A stretch of 46,501 nucleotides of DNA, from assembly GCA_009887255.1 (NCBI GenBank), contig QXXW01000030.1, positions 1 to 46,501 of the forward strand, read 5' to 3'. The position numbers and the translations under genes were made by a program. Numbering within the stretch: the stretch's first letter is position 1; the number at the start of each line of letters is the position of its first letter. The notes under the pieces were generated by a model. It worked only from the letters and a program-made list of their open reading frames with translations, did no database searches and was not told the origin of the DNA. Origin of the DNA: Candidatus Poseidoniales archaeon. GTDB taxonomy: Archaea; Thermoplasmatota; Poseidoniia; Poseidoniales; Poseidoniaceae. Of this stretch, positions 26,194 through 35,035 are shown one piece after another.

Positions 26194-27219
26194 ATGTTGA
26201 GCGCCTTGGAACGCATCATGCGCGGCTTCAAAAGCGACGAAGAAAAGAAACCCGATGCCGGGCTTCGCGACGAGCTTCAGACCATGGAAGCCAGGGTGCG
26301 GAAGATGCGTGAGAACCGCAATTCTCACCGCGAGCAAGGGAAAGCCATGGCAAAAAAGCGAGACGGCGTCCAAGAACAATACCGTGAACATCGAGACAAA
26401 CTCAAGTCGATCAAAACGGAATTGGATGCCATTCATGCTGAACGCAACCTCCACAAAGCCAAGCGGGATGCCGTGAACGCTCAATTGAAGGATTTGTTCG
26501 GCCAAGCCAAAGGACGACGCTCCGATGCGAGTGGCAAAAAATCAGCAACCGCAGAATACTCTCAGTTGATGAATGAAATTAAGAATCTTGACGAACAGTT
26601 CCAAACCACCTCCTCGTCCACGAAGAAAGAAAAGGAAACCATGGAGCGTATTAAGCGAATGAAGCGCCGTGTCGGTGAGCTTGAACCCGAAGTGGCAAAG
26701 TTCGAATTGGTCAGCGTTGATCTGTCGAATCTCGATGAGGCCATTGCCACGTTGAAAGCCGAATCCGATGACGCTCACAAATTGTTCGTTGAGGCCCTGA
26801 AAGCGGCCGATGAAAAGTGGGCTGAATACAAAGAAGGTCTTGACCACCGAGATTTTCTCAAAGCCGAAGGTGATCGTCATCACCTTGAGTCCGTTGAATT
26901 CCATGAAAAAGCCAACTCCATCCACGAGAAAATTACTGAGTTGATGGTTGATGTCAACAAGGTCAGGGAACAACTGAACATGGCTGTTGAAGAGCGCAAA
27001 TCATGGATGATTGACCACAACAACGCTGTAAAAGCCGAGATGAAAACCGGTGCAGAATCCGATGAAGTTGCCGATGCGCTTGTTTCATCGCTTCTTACAG
27101 AAGGCCAACTCGTTTTCGGAGGCATTGGTAGCAACGAGCCGTTGACGAAGAAAAAGCGAGGCTCTGGTTCTTCGAAAAAGAAGAACATGCGTCGTCTGGA
27201 CCCTGTACGCCGCCGATGA
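26194..27219 (+). CDS. COG1340-like archaeal coiled-coil protein (paralogue F)
   Basis: The protein is K/E/R-rich helix throughout. It has a central NEIKNLDEQFQTTSSSTKKEKETMERIKRMKRRVGEL and a C-terminal ADALVSSLLTEGQL motif, followed by a basic tail KKKRGSGSSKKKNMRR. The ATG at 26194 lies inside track ORF 26173. Confidence 0.6.
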   Translation: MLSALERIMRGFKSDEEKKPDAGLRDELQTMEARVRKMRENRNSHREQGKAMAKKRDGVQEQYREHRDKLKSIKTELDAIHAERNLHKAKRDAVNAQLKDLFGQAKGRRSDASGKKSATAEYSQLMNEIKNLDEQFQTTSSSTKKEKETMERIKRMKRRVGELEPEVAKFELVSVDLSNLDEAIATLKAESDDAHKLFVEALKAADEKWAEYKEGLDHRDFLKAEGDRHHLESVEFHEKANSIHEKITELMVDVNKVREQLNMAVEERKSWMIDHNNAVKAEMKTGAESDEVADALVSSLLTEGQLVFGGIGSNEPLTKKKRGSGSSKKKNMRRLDPVRRR

Positions 27220-27228
27220 GGGGACGAA

Positions 27229-28278
27229 ATGCACGGCGTCATCATGGCCGGTGGACAAGGCTCCCGCCTGATGCCGTTGACGATAACCCGACCCAAACCA
27301 ATGGTTGAGGTTCTCGGGCGACCTGTGATTGATTTTGTCAAAGAAGCCATGGTAGATGCTGGAATTGACCATTTGGTTGTGACCACTGGTTACCGTGGAG
27401 AACAATTGGCTGAGCACGTTCGCACGTGGGTTTCGGATGGTGTTGAGGCAAGGGTCAATCAGGAACACGCTCCAATGGGGACCGCCGGAAGCGTTGGCCT
27501 GCTGCGCGAGGAACTCACGGAGACCTTCGTTGTGGGTTCAGGAGATGCCATTGCCTCGTTTGACATACGGGCCTTGCTCAAATCTCATCGAGCCAATGGT
27601 GCCAAGGTCACCATGGCCCTTTGGGAGGTGGATGATCCGACTGAGTTTGGCATTGTCGGTCTGTCCACCGGTGAACACGGTGAAGTCGACGGTCAATTGA
27701 GGTCAGGGTTTATTCGTCGTTTTCTTGAAAAACCAACTCCGCAAGAGGCGTTTTCCAACGTCATTAATGCAGGCCTCTACATTCTTGAGCCAGAGGTCTT
27801 TGAGCACGTGCCTCCGGGAGAAAAGTTTGATTTCAGCAAGCAACTGTTCCCCCGTCTGCTTGAACTCGGTTGGCCAATGTACGCCCAGACGATTGACGGG
27901 GTCTGGTTTGATGTTGGTCAACCATCCGAACTCTTGAACGCCCAAAAGGTCCTCCTTGAGCAACATGAGGACCTGCCGTTTCGCCTTCCCAAAACGTTGC
28001 TGCCCAAAGAGGGAAGTCTTGTCCCCAAACATCTCGAGGGGCATCCCGGTGTTCATGCCAGTGTCGTAGGAAGCGGTTCTTCAGTAGCCCAAGACGCCGC
28101 GGTGAGCGATTCAATGCTGATGGCGGATTGTACCTTGGAAGCTGACGTCTCGGTGTCCAATTCCATACTTGGACAAGGCGTGGTGGTTCAACAAGGCTCG
28201 ACTGTTGATCGGTGTGTCGTTGGGGATGGCGTGGTTGTACCATCCGGTCATCATCGCAACGCCCGAATCCCGAATTGA
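27229..28278 (+). CDS. sugar-1-phosphate nucleotidyltransferase (N-terminal NTP-transferase fold + C-terminal left-handed beta-helix)
   Basis: MHGVIMAGGQGSRLMPLTITRPKPMVEV is the GxGxRL signature. The C-terminus has hexapeptide-like repeats (SVVGSGSSVAQDAAVSDSMLMADCTLEADVSVSNSILGQGVVV). Confidence 0.8.
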   Translation: MHGVIMAGGQGSRLMPLTITRPKPMVEVLGRPVIDFVKEAMVDAGIDHLVVTTGYRGEQLAEHVRTWVSDGVEARVNQEHAPMGTAGSVGLLREELTETFVVGSGDAIASFDIRALLKSHRANGAKVTMALWEVDDPTEFGIVGLSTGEHGEVDGQLRSGFIRRFLEKPTPQEAFSNVINAGLYILEPEVFEHVPPGEKFDFSKQLFPRLLELGWPMYAQTIDGVWFDVGQPSELLNAQKVLLEQHEDLPFRLPKTLLPKEGSLVPKHLEGHPGVHASVVGSGSSVAQDAAVSDSMLMADCTLEADVSVSNSILGQGVVVQQGSTVDRCVVGDGVVVPSGHHRNARIPN

Positions 28279-28331
28279 GGTTTGTGATTTCGGACAAGAG
28301 CATATATACTGTGACTTTACTCCTGCAGGTA

Positions 28332-28571
28332 ATGCTTCAAACTCCAACCGCCGAGCGGTCCTATGACCGGACTTGGGAAGAGATCGAAACCATGCTTGAG
28401 CAAGCCGAATTCAAGATGCGAGAATGGAAATCCTGGTACGAAACATGCAAGGATGAGGGCGATAAGAAAGGCATGAAAGAAGCCGCCCGAAATCACAAGG
28501 CCCTTCAAGGCGTGGTCAAAACCCTCAAGTGGACCTTGGGCGAAAAAGGCGTCAGCGATCCGCTCGATTGA
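28332..28571 (+). CDS. small helical hypothetical protein
   Basis: An ATG at 28332 within track ORF 28212 gives a 79-aa K/E-rich protein (MLQTPTAERSYDRTWEEIETMLEQAEF..). I recognise no family. Confidence 0.4.
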   Translation: MLQTPTAERSYDRTWEEIETMLEQAEFKMREWKSWYETCKDEGDKKGMKEAARNHKALQGVVKTLKWTLGEKGVSDPLD

Positions 28572-28572
28572 T

Positions 28573-28588
28573 GGTTCGAGTACGAACC
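28573..28588 (+). terminator. stem-loop immediately after a stop codon (GGTTCG-AGTA-CGAACC)
   Basis: Perfect 6-bp stem with a 4-nt loop, starting 2 nt after the TGA at 28569..28571. Its function is not established, since archaeal terminators are usually T-tracts. Confidence 0.25.
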
Positions 28589-28717
28589 TCAATCGGCCAG
28601 AGCACGGCCCGGTGATCAAGGTTACAGAGCACATGACCAGCAAATTTTACGCCTCGGGTCCCACCTGTGCCTACCAGCTTGTGCTCTCAACTCACCACCC
28701 TGCATCCATCACCTCCT

Positions 28718-28850
28718 TGCGTTCACACCTCACTGACGTCGGGTCTGTGATTCACCGGTTTGTGCTTGAACGTCAGAAGCGTGCGTACACAACTCATTGA
28801 CGTCAAGTCTGTGATTCACCGATTTGTGCTTGAAGTCAGCATCGTGCGAC
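28718..28850. repeat. intergenic tandem direct repeat, about 2.2 copies of a ~64-nt unit
   Basis: Copy 1 (28718..28781) and copy 2 (28782..~28844) share TGCGT-CACA-CTCA-TGACGTC--GTCTGTGATTCACCG-TTTGTGCTTGAA(C)GTCAG with only a few mismatches. A third partial copy starts with TGCGACTCC. Each unit contains the inverted pair CTGACG/CGTCAG. Confidence 0.8.
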
Positions 28851-28899
28851 TCCAAGGTACCGGCTTTGAGTCTTGAACTCAGCAGTTTCCGGCAGCAAC

Positions 28900-29982
28900 T
28901 CACCAGCCACGCTGGTCCATGCGAACCTCGAGCGTTTCCAGTTCATCGCCTTTCATGGGTTCGCCAATCATCATGCCCATGGCTTCTGCAACCTTGCTAG
29001 CGTCGTCGTAGTGAGCCGTGGCCATCACGATGGCGTCGGCCATCGTCGGTGGATCGCTTGACTTGAAGATTCCAGAGCCGACGAACACGCCGTCCATGCC
29101 CATGCGCATCATGAGCGAGGCATCGGCAGGCGTTGCGATGCCACCAGCAGAGAAGGTCACGACCGGAAGTCGGCCAAGGTTGTGAACTTCATCAAGAACG
29201 CTACGGACGCCTTGATGCATGTCGTCATCGATGGGCCCAAACGGTGTGTTGAGGTATGTTCCCGGGAGCGTGGATTGGCTCGCCAACACCTTGTAACGGT
29301 CAATGATTTGGGTGGCAGCGTTGTCCAGGCCATGGTCGTCAAGGGATTGAATTTGCTTGATTTCTTGGTCGATTAAACGGGCGTGGGTGACGGCCGCCAC
29401 CACGTTGCCCGTGCCGGCTTCTCCTTTGGTTCGAATCATGGCCGCACCTTCCCAGATGCGACGGACGGCTTCAGCCAGTCCGGTGGCTCCACAAACAAAG
29501 GGTATCTCGTAGGTGTGTTTGTTGATGTGGAAATAGGGGTCTGCGGGGGTGAGCACTTCACTCTCGTCAACCATGTCAACGCCCATTGCTTCGAGAATCC
29601 GGGCCTCGCCTTCGTGACCTATTCTTGATTTGGCCATGACGGGGATGGACGTGCAATCAAGGATTCCTTGAATCATATCGGGATGGCTCATCCGAGCGAC
29701 GCCACCGGCCTTTCGGATGTCAGCAGGTACGCGTTCCAGTGCCATGACCGCCACGGCTCCAGCGTCCTCAGCAACAGCAGCTTGCTCCGGGTTGACGACG
29801 TCCATGATGACGCCACCTTGCTGCATTCGGGCAAAGCCTCGCTTCACCAGACTGCTGCCGTGTCGAAGTTGTTCCAAATCAACAGGTTCCCTGCTCATGG
29901 TGGTTCGTGTCACCGTTCCTTCATGAAGGTTGGTTCCCGTCCTCATCTGGAGAAGTTCGACCTGTCTCTTGCTTTCGCTCAC
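28900..29982 (-). CDS. pdxS: pyridoxal 5'-phosphate synthase lyase subunit PdxS
   Basis: [43 protein letters not shown] plus the rest of the protein are canonical PdxS. The start is ambiguous: GTG at 29982, ATG at 29946, or ATG at 29898. The last gives the usual N-terminal length. Confidence 0.9.
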   Translation of the reverse strand: MSESKRQVELLQMRTGTNLHEGTVTRTTMSREPVDLEQLRHGSSLVKRGFARMQQGGVIMDVVNPEQAAVAEDAGAVAVMALERVPADIRKAGGVARMSHPDMIQGILDCTSIPVMAKSRIGHEGEARILEAMGVDMVDESEVLTPADPYFHINKHTYEIPFVCGATGLAEAVRRIWEGAAMIRTKGEAGTGNVVAAVTHARLIDQEIKQIQSLDDHGLDNAATQIIDRYKVLASQSTLPGTYLNTPFGPIDDDMHQGVRSVLDEVHNLGRLPVVTFSAGGIATPADASLMMRMGMDGVFVGSGIFKSSDPPTMADAIVMATAHYDDASKVAEAMGMMIGEPMKGDELETLEVRMDQRGW

Positions 29983-30012
29983 TCTTCTCTACGTTGGGGG
30001 GGTCTGAGCCGC

Positions 30013-30288
30013 TCAATCGGCCAAGACTGGGGAGTCGCCTTCAGCGATTTCGGCATCGACCGATTCGTCGGCGTTCCGGTCGATCCATTCTTCTTCGCCG
30101 TCTGGAAGATCCGTGTCTGCAAAGATGGCGTCAACCGGGCATTCTGGGACGCAGGCGCCGCAATCAATGCATTCGTCTGGGTCAATGACAAGGTAGGTGT
30201 CGGCTTCTCGGAAGGCTTCCACGGGGCAGACTGCAACGCATTCCTGGTACTTGTGGTCGACGCAGGCAGAAGTGACGATGTGTGGCAT
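30013..30288 (-). CDS. 7Fe-type ferredoxin ([3Fe-4S][4Fe-4S]) with acidic C-terminal tail
   Basis: The cysteine pattern [14 protein letters not shown] ... [12 protein letters not shown] is typical of FdxA-like ferredoxins. Confidence 0.85.
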   Translation of the reverse strand: MPHIVTSACVDHKYQECVAVCPVEAFREADTYLVIDPDECIDCGACVPECPVDAIFADTDLPDGEEEWIDRNADESVDAEIAEGDSPVLAD

Positions 30289-30366
30289 GGGTTCTCCTCA
30301 TGCTTTGGACAATCGCTCTTGGATATAACTTCTTGTCAACCGCGACATCCTTGCGTTCAAGGATGG

Positions 30367-32619
30367 TCAGTTCGTTCTTCTCGCCCACCAACCGGCCAAA
30401 ATCAAAACAATGGCTGTCGCTGCTGTCAACGAAAGGGTTCGGAAGTTGGCTGAATTTGCTCCTTCAGCCGTGTTTTCGGCTTGAACAGGCACCTCGGTGC
30501 ACGGCTGATGTCCGGGCAGGTGTTCCTGTGACGCATTGATGCCTTCGGACCATCGAACCTCAAGGCAATACCTCGCTTGACCTTCAGGGGGGATGATCGA
30601 CCATCTGTCAAAAAAACCGGTTTCGTTGGCCACAACGGCGCGCTCGGTGCTGGCCACAACAACCGAGCTGCTTTCGTTGATGATTTGGAGGAGTTCGTAC
30701 ACCACCGAGAGGTTGGTGTTCAGGTCTTGAATTCCATTGATGGACGCGAGGAGTTGGCCGTTACTTTCCATGGTTAGAGCAGCGCGGTAGACGAGTTGGG
30801 GCTCTTCGCTGACGTTGTGCTGCGTTGTGTTGGATTGGTTGCTCTGTGGCACGCTGTCATCAACTGGGTCGCATCCATCGGGAACCCCGTCGGCGTCCAT
30901 GTCTTCACCATCGTCGTGACCTTCGCAGGCATCAGATGTGTTTGGCACGCCATCCCCATCGTTGTCAACAACTTCATCGCAAGCATCCGGCACACCGTCT
31001 GCATCTTCGTCGACATCGTCCGGTCCTTCCGGGCATGCATCGTGGTGATTGGGGACACCGTCTCCATCGGTATCGTCCACGCAACCATCACCGTTGGCGT
31101 CCAACCCCCATGCTTGTGTGTGGGGGCAGGCGTCATACCACGACTCAAGGTACGTTCCAACGGTGATGTTCACGTTCATGCTTTCAACGTAAGACGCCGT
31201 GTAATGCGTGGCTTTGAACACAGCGTTGAGGGTGGTACCCGCACGGTTACCATCAGGTACAGCCTCGCTTTGCGGGTAGGGTCCATCGGGGCCAATTGGG
31301 TTGACATAGCGCCAGACGATTTCACCGGTGCGATTGATTTCATACATGGTGCCCTTGGTCCCTTGAGTGACCAGCATGTGACCGTTTGATAGGGCCTGTG
31401 CCCCGGATACAGATGCAGAATAGATGTCTTCGCCTCGGTCCCATGTCCAAGCAAGTTCCATCGGACCAAAGGTTGAGTTTTCGTTCAAGACGTAACCGCT
31501 TTCGTTCATTTGTGGCATCACGATGTCAACAGAGGAGTAAGGCACGGCTCGGCCGTTTCCGTTGTTGAACACCATGAGGCCCCCTTCGAGTGGATGACCT
31601 TGATTGACCCACTGGACATCGTGTTGGGCATAGAACCGCTGATGACTCCAGTCCCCTCTGTTGTACACTTGGGGGTTCCCCCAGCGGTAAAGAAAATCAC
31701 CTCCAAAGCCTGAATTTCCACCGAGGCTGGTGGAGGCCTCCTCGGTCGTGGTGCTGTGGTCGATGATGTAAATCTCATTCATGCTTCGACAGGAGAGTGC
31801 AATTTGGTCCAACAATTCGTTGTAGTCAATCCCGTTGCAGTGCATCCAATCCGCTCGGCCAGCGCTGTTTCCAGTGCCACCGATGTGATTGACGTTGAGT
31901 CGACGAGGATGGTCGGCGATCTCACCGTAATTTGGTAACGATTCGTTGAAATCTTGAACGAGATGATCCCAAGCACGCCATTCCCAAACGATGTTGGCAT
32001 CGTTGGTACCCACGGGTTCGATTTCGATGATGTGATCGGGCCAAACATTGTTTTGGCCGTTAGGGGAATCGCTCGCAAACGCAGGGTTGCGGCCAACCGC
32101 TAGGGCCTCTTCCTCGGGTATTTCTTCCCATGCGATGGCCAGTATGTTGCCGTTGGGCATGGGTTCAATGTCGTGGTGCAAAATTCGGTCCTCGGATGAA
32201 TAATTCCACGACCACATCAGTGTGCCGTCCCAAGCCAAGCGTTCAATGGCACCACCGGTGCCTCCACCCGAAAAATTACCAACAGCCTCATCCCCCATGT
32301 TTCCAGTTCTCAGCAGACTGCCGTCAGGCAACAAGTACGCAGAAAGAGCGGGTCGGTAATCGCCGGGTGAGGTCCAACTGTTGATCTGCCGCCCTTCTTG
32401 GTCGATGAGGTAGGTGGTGTTTGAGGGTATTGGAGCCATCAACACGTAGCCAACGGTGGCTTCTTCCGTGCACATCAACAGGCCAACGGTCCAGTTCGTT
32501 CGTTCGGCGTTGCAAGCAGGCGACGAAGCGGTTGTGGCGGTTTCGGTGCCCCAACTCACGGGTGCAGCCAAACTGAGTACGAGCAACACCAACAACGACA
32601 AGGCGGTTCGTCGGTTCAT
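30367..32619 (-). CDS. secreted arylsulfotransferase (ASST)-like beta-propeller protein with thrombospondin-type-3 repeats and C-terminal TM anchor
   Basis: The ATG at 32619 gives MNRRTALSLLVLLVLSLAAPVSWG. ASST-like motifs are present (HHDIEPMPNGNIL, HCNGIDYN, YRWGNPQVY, AQHDVQWV..MVFNNGNGR). The Ca-binding repeat region is DTDGDGVPNHHDACP..DEDADGVPDACD..DNDGDGVPNTSDAC. The terminal TM is LSLTAATAIVLILAGWWA. Confidence 0.6.
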   Translation of the reverse strand: MNRRTALSLLVLLVLSLAAPVSWGTETATTASSPACNAERTNWTVGLLMCTEEATVGYVLMAPIPSNTTYLIDQEGRQINSWTSPGDYRPALSAYLLPDGSLLRTGNMGDEAVGNFSGGGTGGAIERLAWDGTLMWSWNYSSEDRILHHDIEPMPNGNILAIAWEEIPEEEALAVGRNPAFASDSPNGQNNVWPDHIIEIEPVGTNDANIVWEWRAWDHLVQDFNESLPNYGEIADHPRRLNVNHIGGTGNSAGRADWMHCNGIDYNELLDQIALSCRSMNEIYIIDHSTTTEEASTSLGGNSGFGGDFLYRWGNPQVYNRGDWSHQRFYAQHDVQWVNQGHPLEGGLMVFNNGNGRAVPYSSVDIVMPQMNESGYVLNENSTFGPMELAWTWDRGEDIYSASVSGAQALSNGHMLVTQGTKGTMYEINRTGEIVWRYVNPIGPDGPYPQSEAVPDGNRAGTTLNAVFKATHYTASYVESMNVNITVGTYLESWYDACPHTQAWGLDANGDGCVDDTDGDGVPNHHDACPEGPDDVDEDADGVPDACDEVVDNDGDGVPNTSDACEGHDDGEDMDADGVPDGCDPVDDSVPQSNQSNTTQHNVSEEPQLVYRAALTMESNGQLLASINGIQDLNTNLSVVYELLQIINESSSVVVASTERAVVANETGFFDRWSIIPPEGQARYCLEVRWSEGINASQEHLPGHQPCTEVPVQAENTAEGANSANFRTLSLTAATAIVLILAGWWARRTN

Positions 32620-33101
32620 TCCTCTTCCTCCACCAAGGCCATGGCGGCTTGTAAGGTGGCGCTCCATTCATCCTCGAGTTGTTTTCCCGGGTAGAGTGCT
32701 AACTTGGCTTGGCCTTTGATGGTGGGCCCCAACCCCGGTTCCACCAGTGTTGCTGTTTTGTGCGTTGCATCGCTCATCTCCAAGCGGAAATACAGGACGT
32801 TGGCTTCATCGGTTCGCTGTGGCCATTCAACCTCCAACCTCTTGAGGTTCTTCCTCCCCAAGCCAGCCAGCGCTCGAAGTGCAGCCCGTTTGTTGCTGAC
32901 ATGCGCCGTGATGAGGTGCAATTCTGAGCCGTGATAAGAGGTGCTTTTCTCGTAAACAACCCGTTCGTCGTCGTTGACAAGCCACGCTATGGTGTCCTTC
33001 AGCGCTTGAACATTTGATAGCGCACTGCCTGTCGCTCGATACGAGACGTAATGGAGAGGCACGCTTCCCCCAGCGGCCCTTCGGTCAAGAGGTTGTTGCA
33101 T
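32616..33101 (-). CDS. COG1931/DUF54-type predicted RNA-binding protein
   Basis: This is the 161-aa C-terminal part of track ORF 32616..33851, from the ATG at 33101. The pattern VSYRA..AL..I..L...E......G..L.LI.A......AL..L....L..L......R.D..NVLYFRL.....K resembles this archaeal family. The stop overlaps the ASST-like start (ATGA). Confidence 0.45.
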   Translation of the reverse strand: MQQPLDRRAAGGSVPLHYVSYRATGSALSNVQALKDTIAWLVNDDERVVYEKSTSYHGSELHLITAHVSNKRAALRALAGLGRKNLKRLEVEWPQRTDEANVLYFRLEMSDATHKTATLVEPGLGPTIKGQAKLALYPGKQLEDEWSATLQAAMALVEEEE

Positions 33102-33206
33102 TGGCTGCCAGCCGAGAGAAGAGGCGCAGACCCATTCAAATAGGGGGGGTTGGTCGCAGAGATGCAAGTGGGGTAGCCCCCGCAAGACACGACCGAGTTG
33201 AACATC

Positions 33207-34160
33207 ATGGCGAAGAAGATTAGTGCAAAGGCACGTGCAGCAGCACGTAAGCAACGTGACAAGTGGAAGATGAAGCGATGGTACACGATTCGTGCCCCTC
33301 GTCACCCATGGAACTTCCTCAAAATCGGTGAAACACTCGGTGAGTCTGACGAACACATCGTCGGCCGTGTTTATGAAATGACCCAGCAGGAATTCAACGG
33401 CGATTTCTCCAAGATGCATGTCATCCTTCGGTTCCGAGTCCACGAGTGCGTGGGCCAAGATGCCTTGACGACCTTCATTGGCCATCACCATCAGACCGAT
33501 CACACCCGCCGACAAATCCGCCGATACCGTGGAAAGGTCGACGACGTTGTTGACGTGGTCACTACCGACGGTTACCTCGTCCGAGTCAAGCCGCTCATCA
33601 TCACCACCCAGCGTGTCCAGACCTCCGTGAAACAAGACATGCGTACACGATGCCGAGAAATCATCATCGCATACGCCGCCAAAAGCACCTACGCTCAGGT
33701 GCAAACCGCCATTCTTGACGGCACACTCGAAGAGGACATTCGAAAGGGTGTCAAACCCATCTACCCCGTTCGCTCGGTGGCCATTCAAAAGAGCCAGTTG
33801 TTGCAAGAGGGTGTTGTGGTTCAATCCGGACCGACACTCGACGAAATCCACTCCCAGGAACAGCGGGAAGATGCCGAACTGAAGGCCAAGAAAGCCGCAG
33901 CCCTTGCTGCTGCCATGGCTGAAGAAGACGCTGATGCAGACGGTGAAGAAGAGACAGAATCCGAGACCGTCGAAGAAGCAACGGCACCTGCAGAAGCCGC
34001 TCCCGAGGCCAAGGCCGAAGCCGGAAGCGAACCCGAGCCTTCAAGCGATGCTCCAGACCTCAGCAGCATGACCGTTGCCGAATTGAAGGACCTTCTGAAG
34101 GCAGCTGGTAAACCTGTTTCTGGCAAAAAAGCCGACCTCATCGCTCGCTTGAACGAGTGA
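33207..34160 (+). CDS. rps3ae: 30S ribosomal protein eS1 (S3Ae) with C-terminal acidic linker and SAP-like motif
   Basis: KKISAKARAAARKQRDKWKMKRWYTIRAP..NF..IGETL and the following ~215 aa are typical of S3Ae. The protein then continues ~100 aa further through an Ala/Glu-rich linker to LSSMTVAELKDLLKAAGKPVSGKKADLIARL. Confidence 0.85.
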   Translation: MAKKISAKARAAARKQRDKWKMKRWYTIRAPRHPWNFLKIGETLGESDEHIVGRVYEMTQQEFNGDFSKMHVILRFRVHECVGQDALTTFIGHHHQTDHTRRQIRRYRGKVDDVVDVVTTDGYLVRVKPLIITTQRVQTSVKQDMRTRCREIIIAYAAKSTYAQVQTAILDGTLEEDIRKGVKPIYPVRSVAIQKSQLLQEGVVVQSGPTLDEIHSQEQREDAELKAKKAAALAAAMAEEDADADGEEETESETVEEATAPAEAAPEAKAEAGSEPEPSSDAPDLSSMTVAELKDLLKAAGKPVSGKKADLIARLNE

Positions 34161-34214
34161 CGGCGTCAGGCCAGAAGCCGCAGGGTTCACATGGCATGTT
34201 CCCATGGGACCAAC

Positions 34215-35027
34215 ATGGTTCGCTTGGGTGTCATCGGTGGAACTGGGTTGGTTGAACTCGCCGTCTCCGATCAGCTTCGTGGGTTTGGACTTTCAGTTGC
34301 CCGCAGCGACCACGTACGGGTTGACACTCCTTACGGACCCGTGCCGTTGCATGTTGTGTCTCTTGAGAACGAGGGCGCTGTGCATGAAGTGGTGTTCCTT
34401 CAGCGCCATCATGACGCGAGTGGGCACGGACGCCCTCCCCACATGATCAATCACCGTGCCAACATGAAAGCCATGGCCGATGCCAATCTGGACCTCGTGG
34501 TCGCGGTTTGTTCTGTTGGCACCCTCCACCCCGATTTTCCTCCGGGTGCGGTTGGACTTGCCAAGCAATACATTGATTTTACCGGTGTGCCAAGCACGTT
34601 TCACGACGATACTTCCACATTTACATCGGCCACCGTTCCGTTTTCACCGATTCACAACACGGTGCTCGAACAGGTTCTCCGCAAGGTGCAAAACCTTCCT
34701 GATGAAACAACCCTGAACTTCACGTATTGGCTCACCGCTGGACCTCAATTTGAAACAGCAGCGGAAGTCGATGCCATTGAACGCATGGGAGGTGACATGG
34801 TCGGTATGACCATGCCTCGTGAGGCGAAACTTGCGCTCGAACTCTCTCTTCCATATGTGGCCGTCTGCATTTCTTCAAACTGGGCGGCAGGCAGGCAACC
34901 TGGAGACGCGACAAAAGCCCTTGACCATCAAGAGGTTTCGGCTCAAGCCAACGACCGCCTGACACCGGTCATGGCTTGTTTAGCGGCGTTGCTCACAGAA
35001 GAAAAGATGATGCCCTCCACCGAGTAA
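34215..35027 (+). CDS. mtnP: S-methyl-5'-thioadenosine phosphorylase / purine nucleoside phosphorylase family
   Basis: The N-terminal RLGVIGGTGL and the MVGMTMPREAKLALELSLPYVAVCISSNWAAG segment are typical of MTAP. An alternative start lies at 34191. Confidence 0.7.
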   Translation: MVRLGVIGGTGLVELAVSDQLRGFGLSVARSDHVRVDTPYGPVPLHVVSLENEGAVHEVVFLQRHHDASGHGRPPHMINHRANMKAMADANLDLVVAVCSVGTLHPDFPPGAVGLAKQYIDFTGVPSTFHDDTSTFTSATVPFSPIHNTVLEQVLRKVQNLPDETTLNFTYWLTAGPQFETAAEVDAIERMGGDMVGMTMPREAKLALELSLPYVAVCISSNWAAGRQPGDATKALDHQEVSAQANDRLTPVMACLAALLTEEKMMPSTE

Positions 35028-35035
35028 CATCGCTC

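Noticed and set aside
24012-26505. Minus-strand ORFs 24012..24620, 25291..25773 and 25951..26505.
   Set aside because: Each is antisense to a better-supported plus-strand gene (the DtxR regulator, the 5-TM protein, the coiled-coil paralogue). None has recognisable domains.
28612-28800. 62-aa ORF covering the intergenic tandem repeat.
   Set aside because: The two repeat copies fall in different frames (the unit is ~64 nt, not a multiple of 3). The ORF ends inside copy 2, and its composition is unlike neighbouring genes. It is more likely non-coding.
28718-28850. Possibility that the tandem repeat is a CRISPR array.
   Set aside because: There are only about 2 copies, and they directly abut with no unique spacers of CRISPR length. 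No cas genes or leader lie nearby.
29668-30453. 261-aa plus-strand ORF.
   Set aside because: It is antisense to canonical pdxS and the ferredoxin gene and spans their intergenic gap. It has no motifs and is a shadow ORF.
33102-33851. N-terminal 250 aa of the 411-aa minus-strand ORF 32616..33851.
   Set aside because: This part is antisense to the well-supported S3Ae gene and has no recognisable features. Only the C-terminal 161 aa, from the ATG at 33101, look like a real protein.
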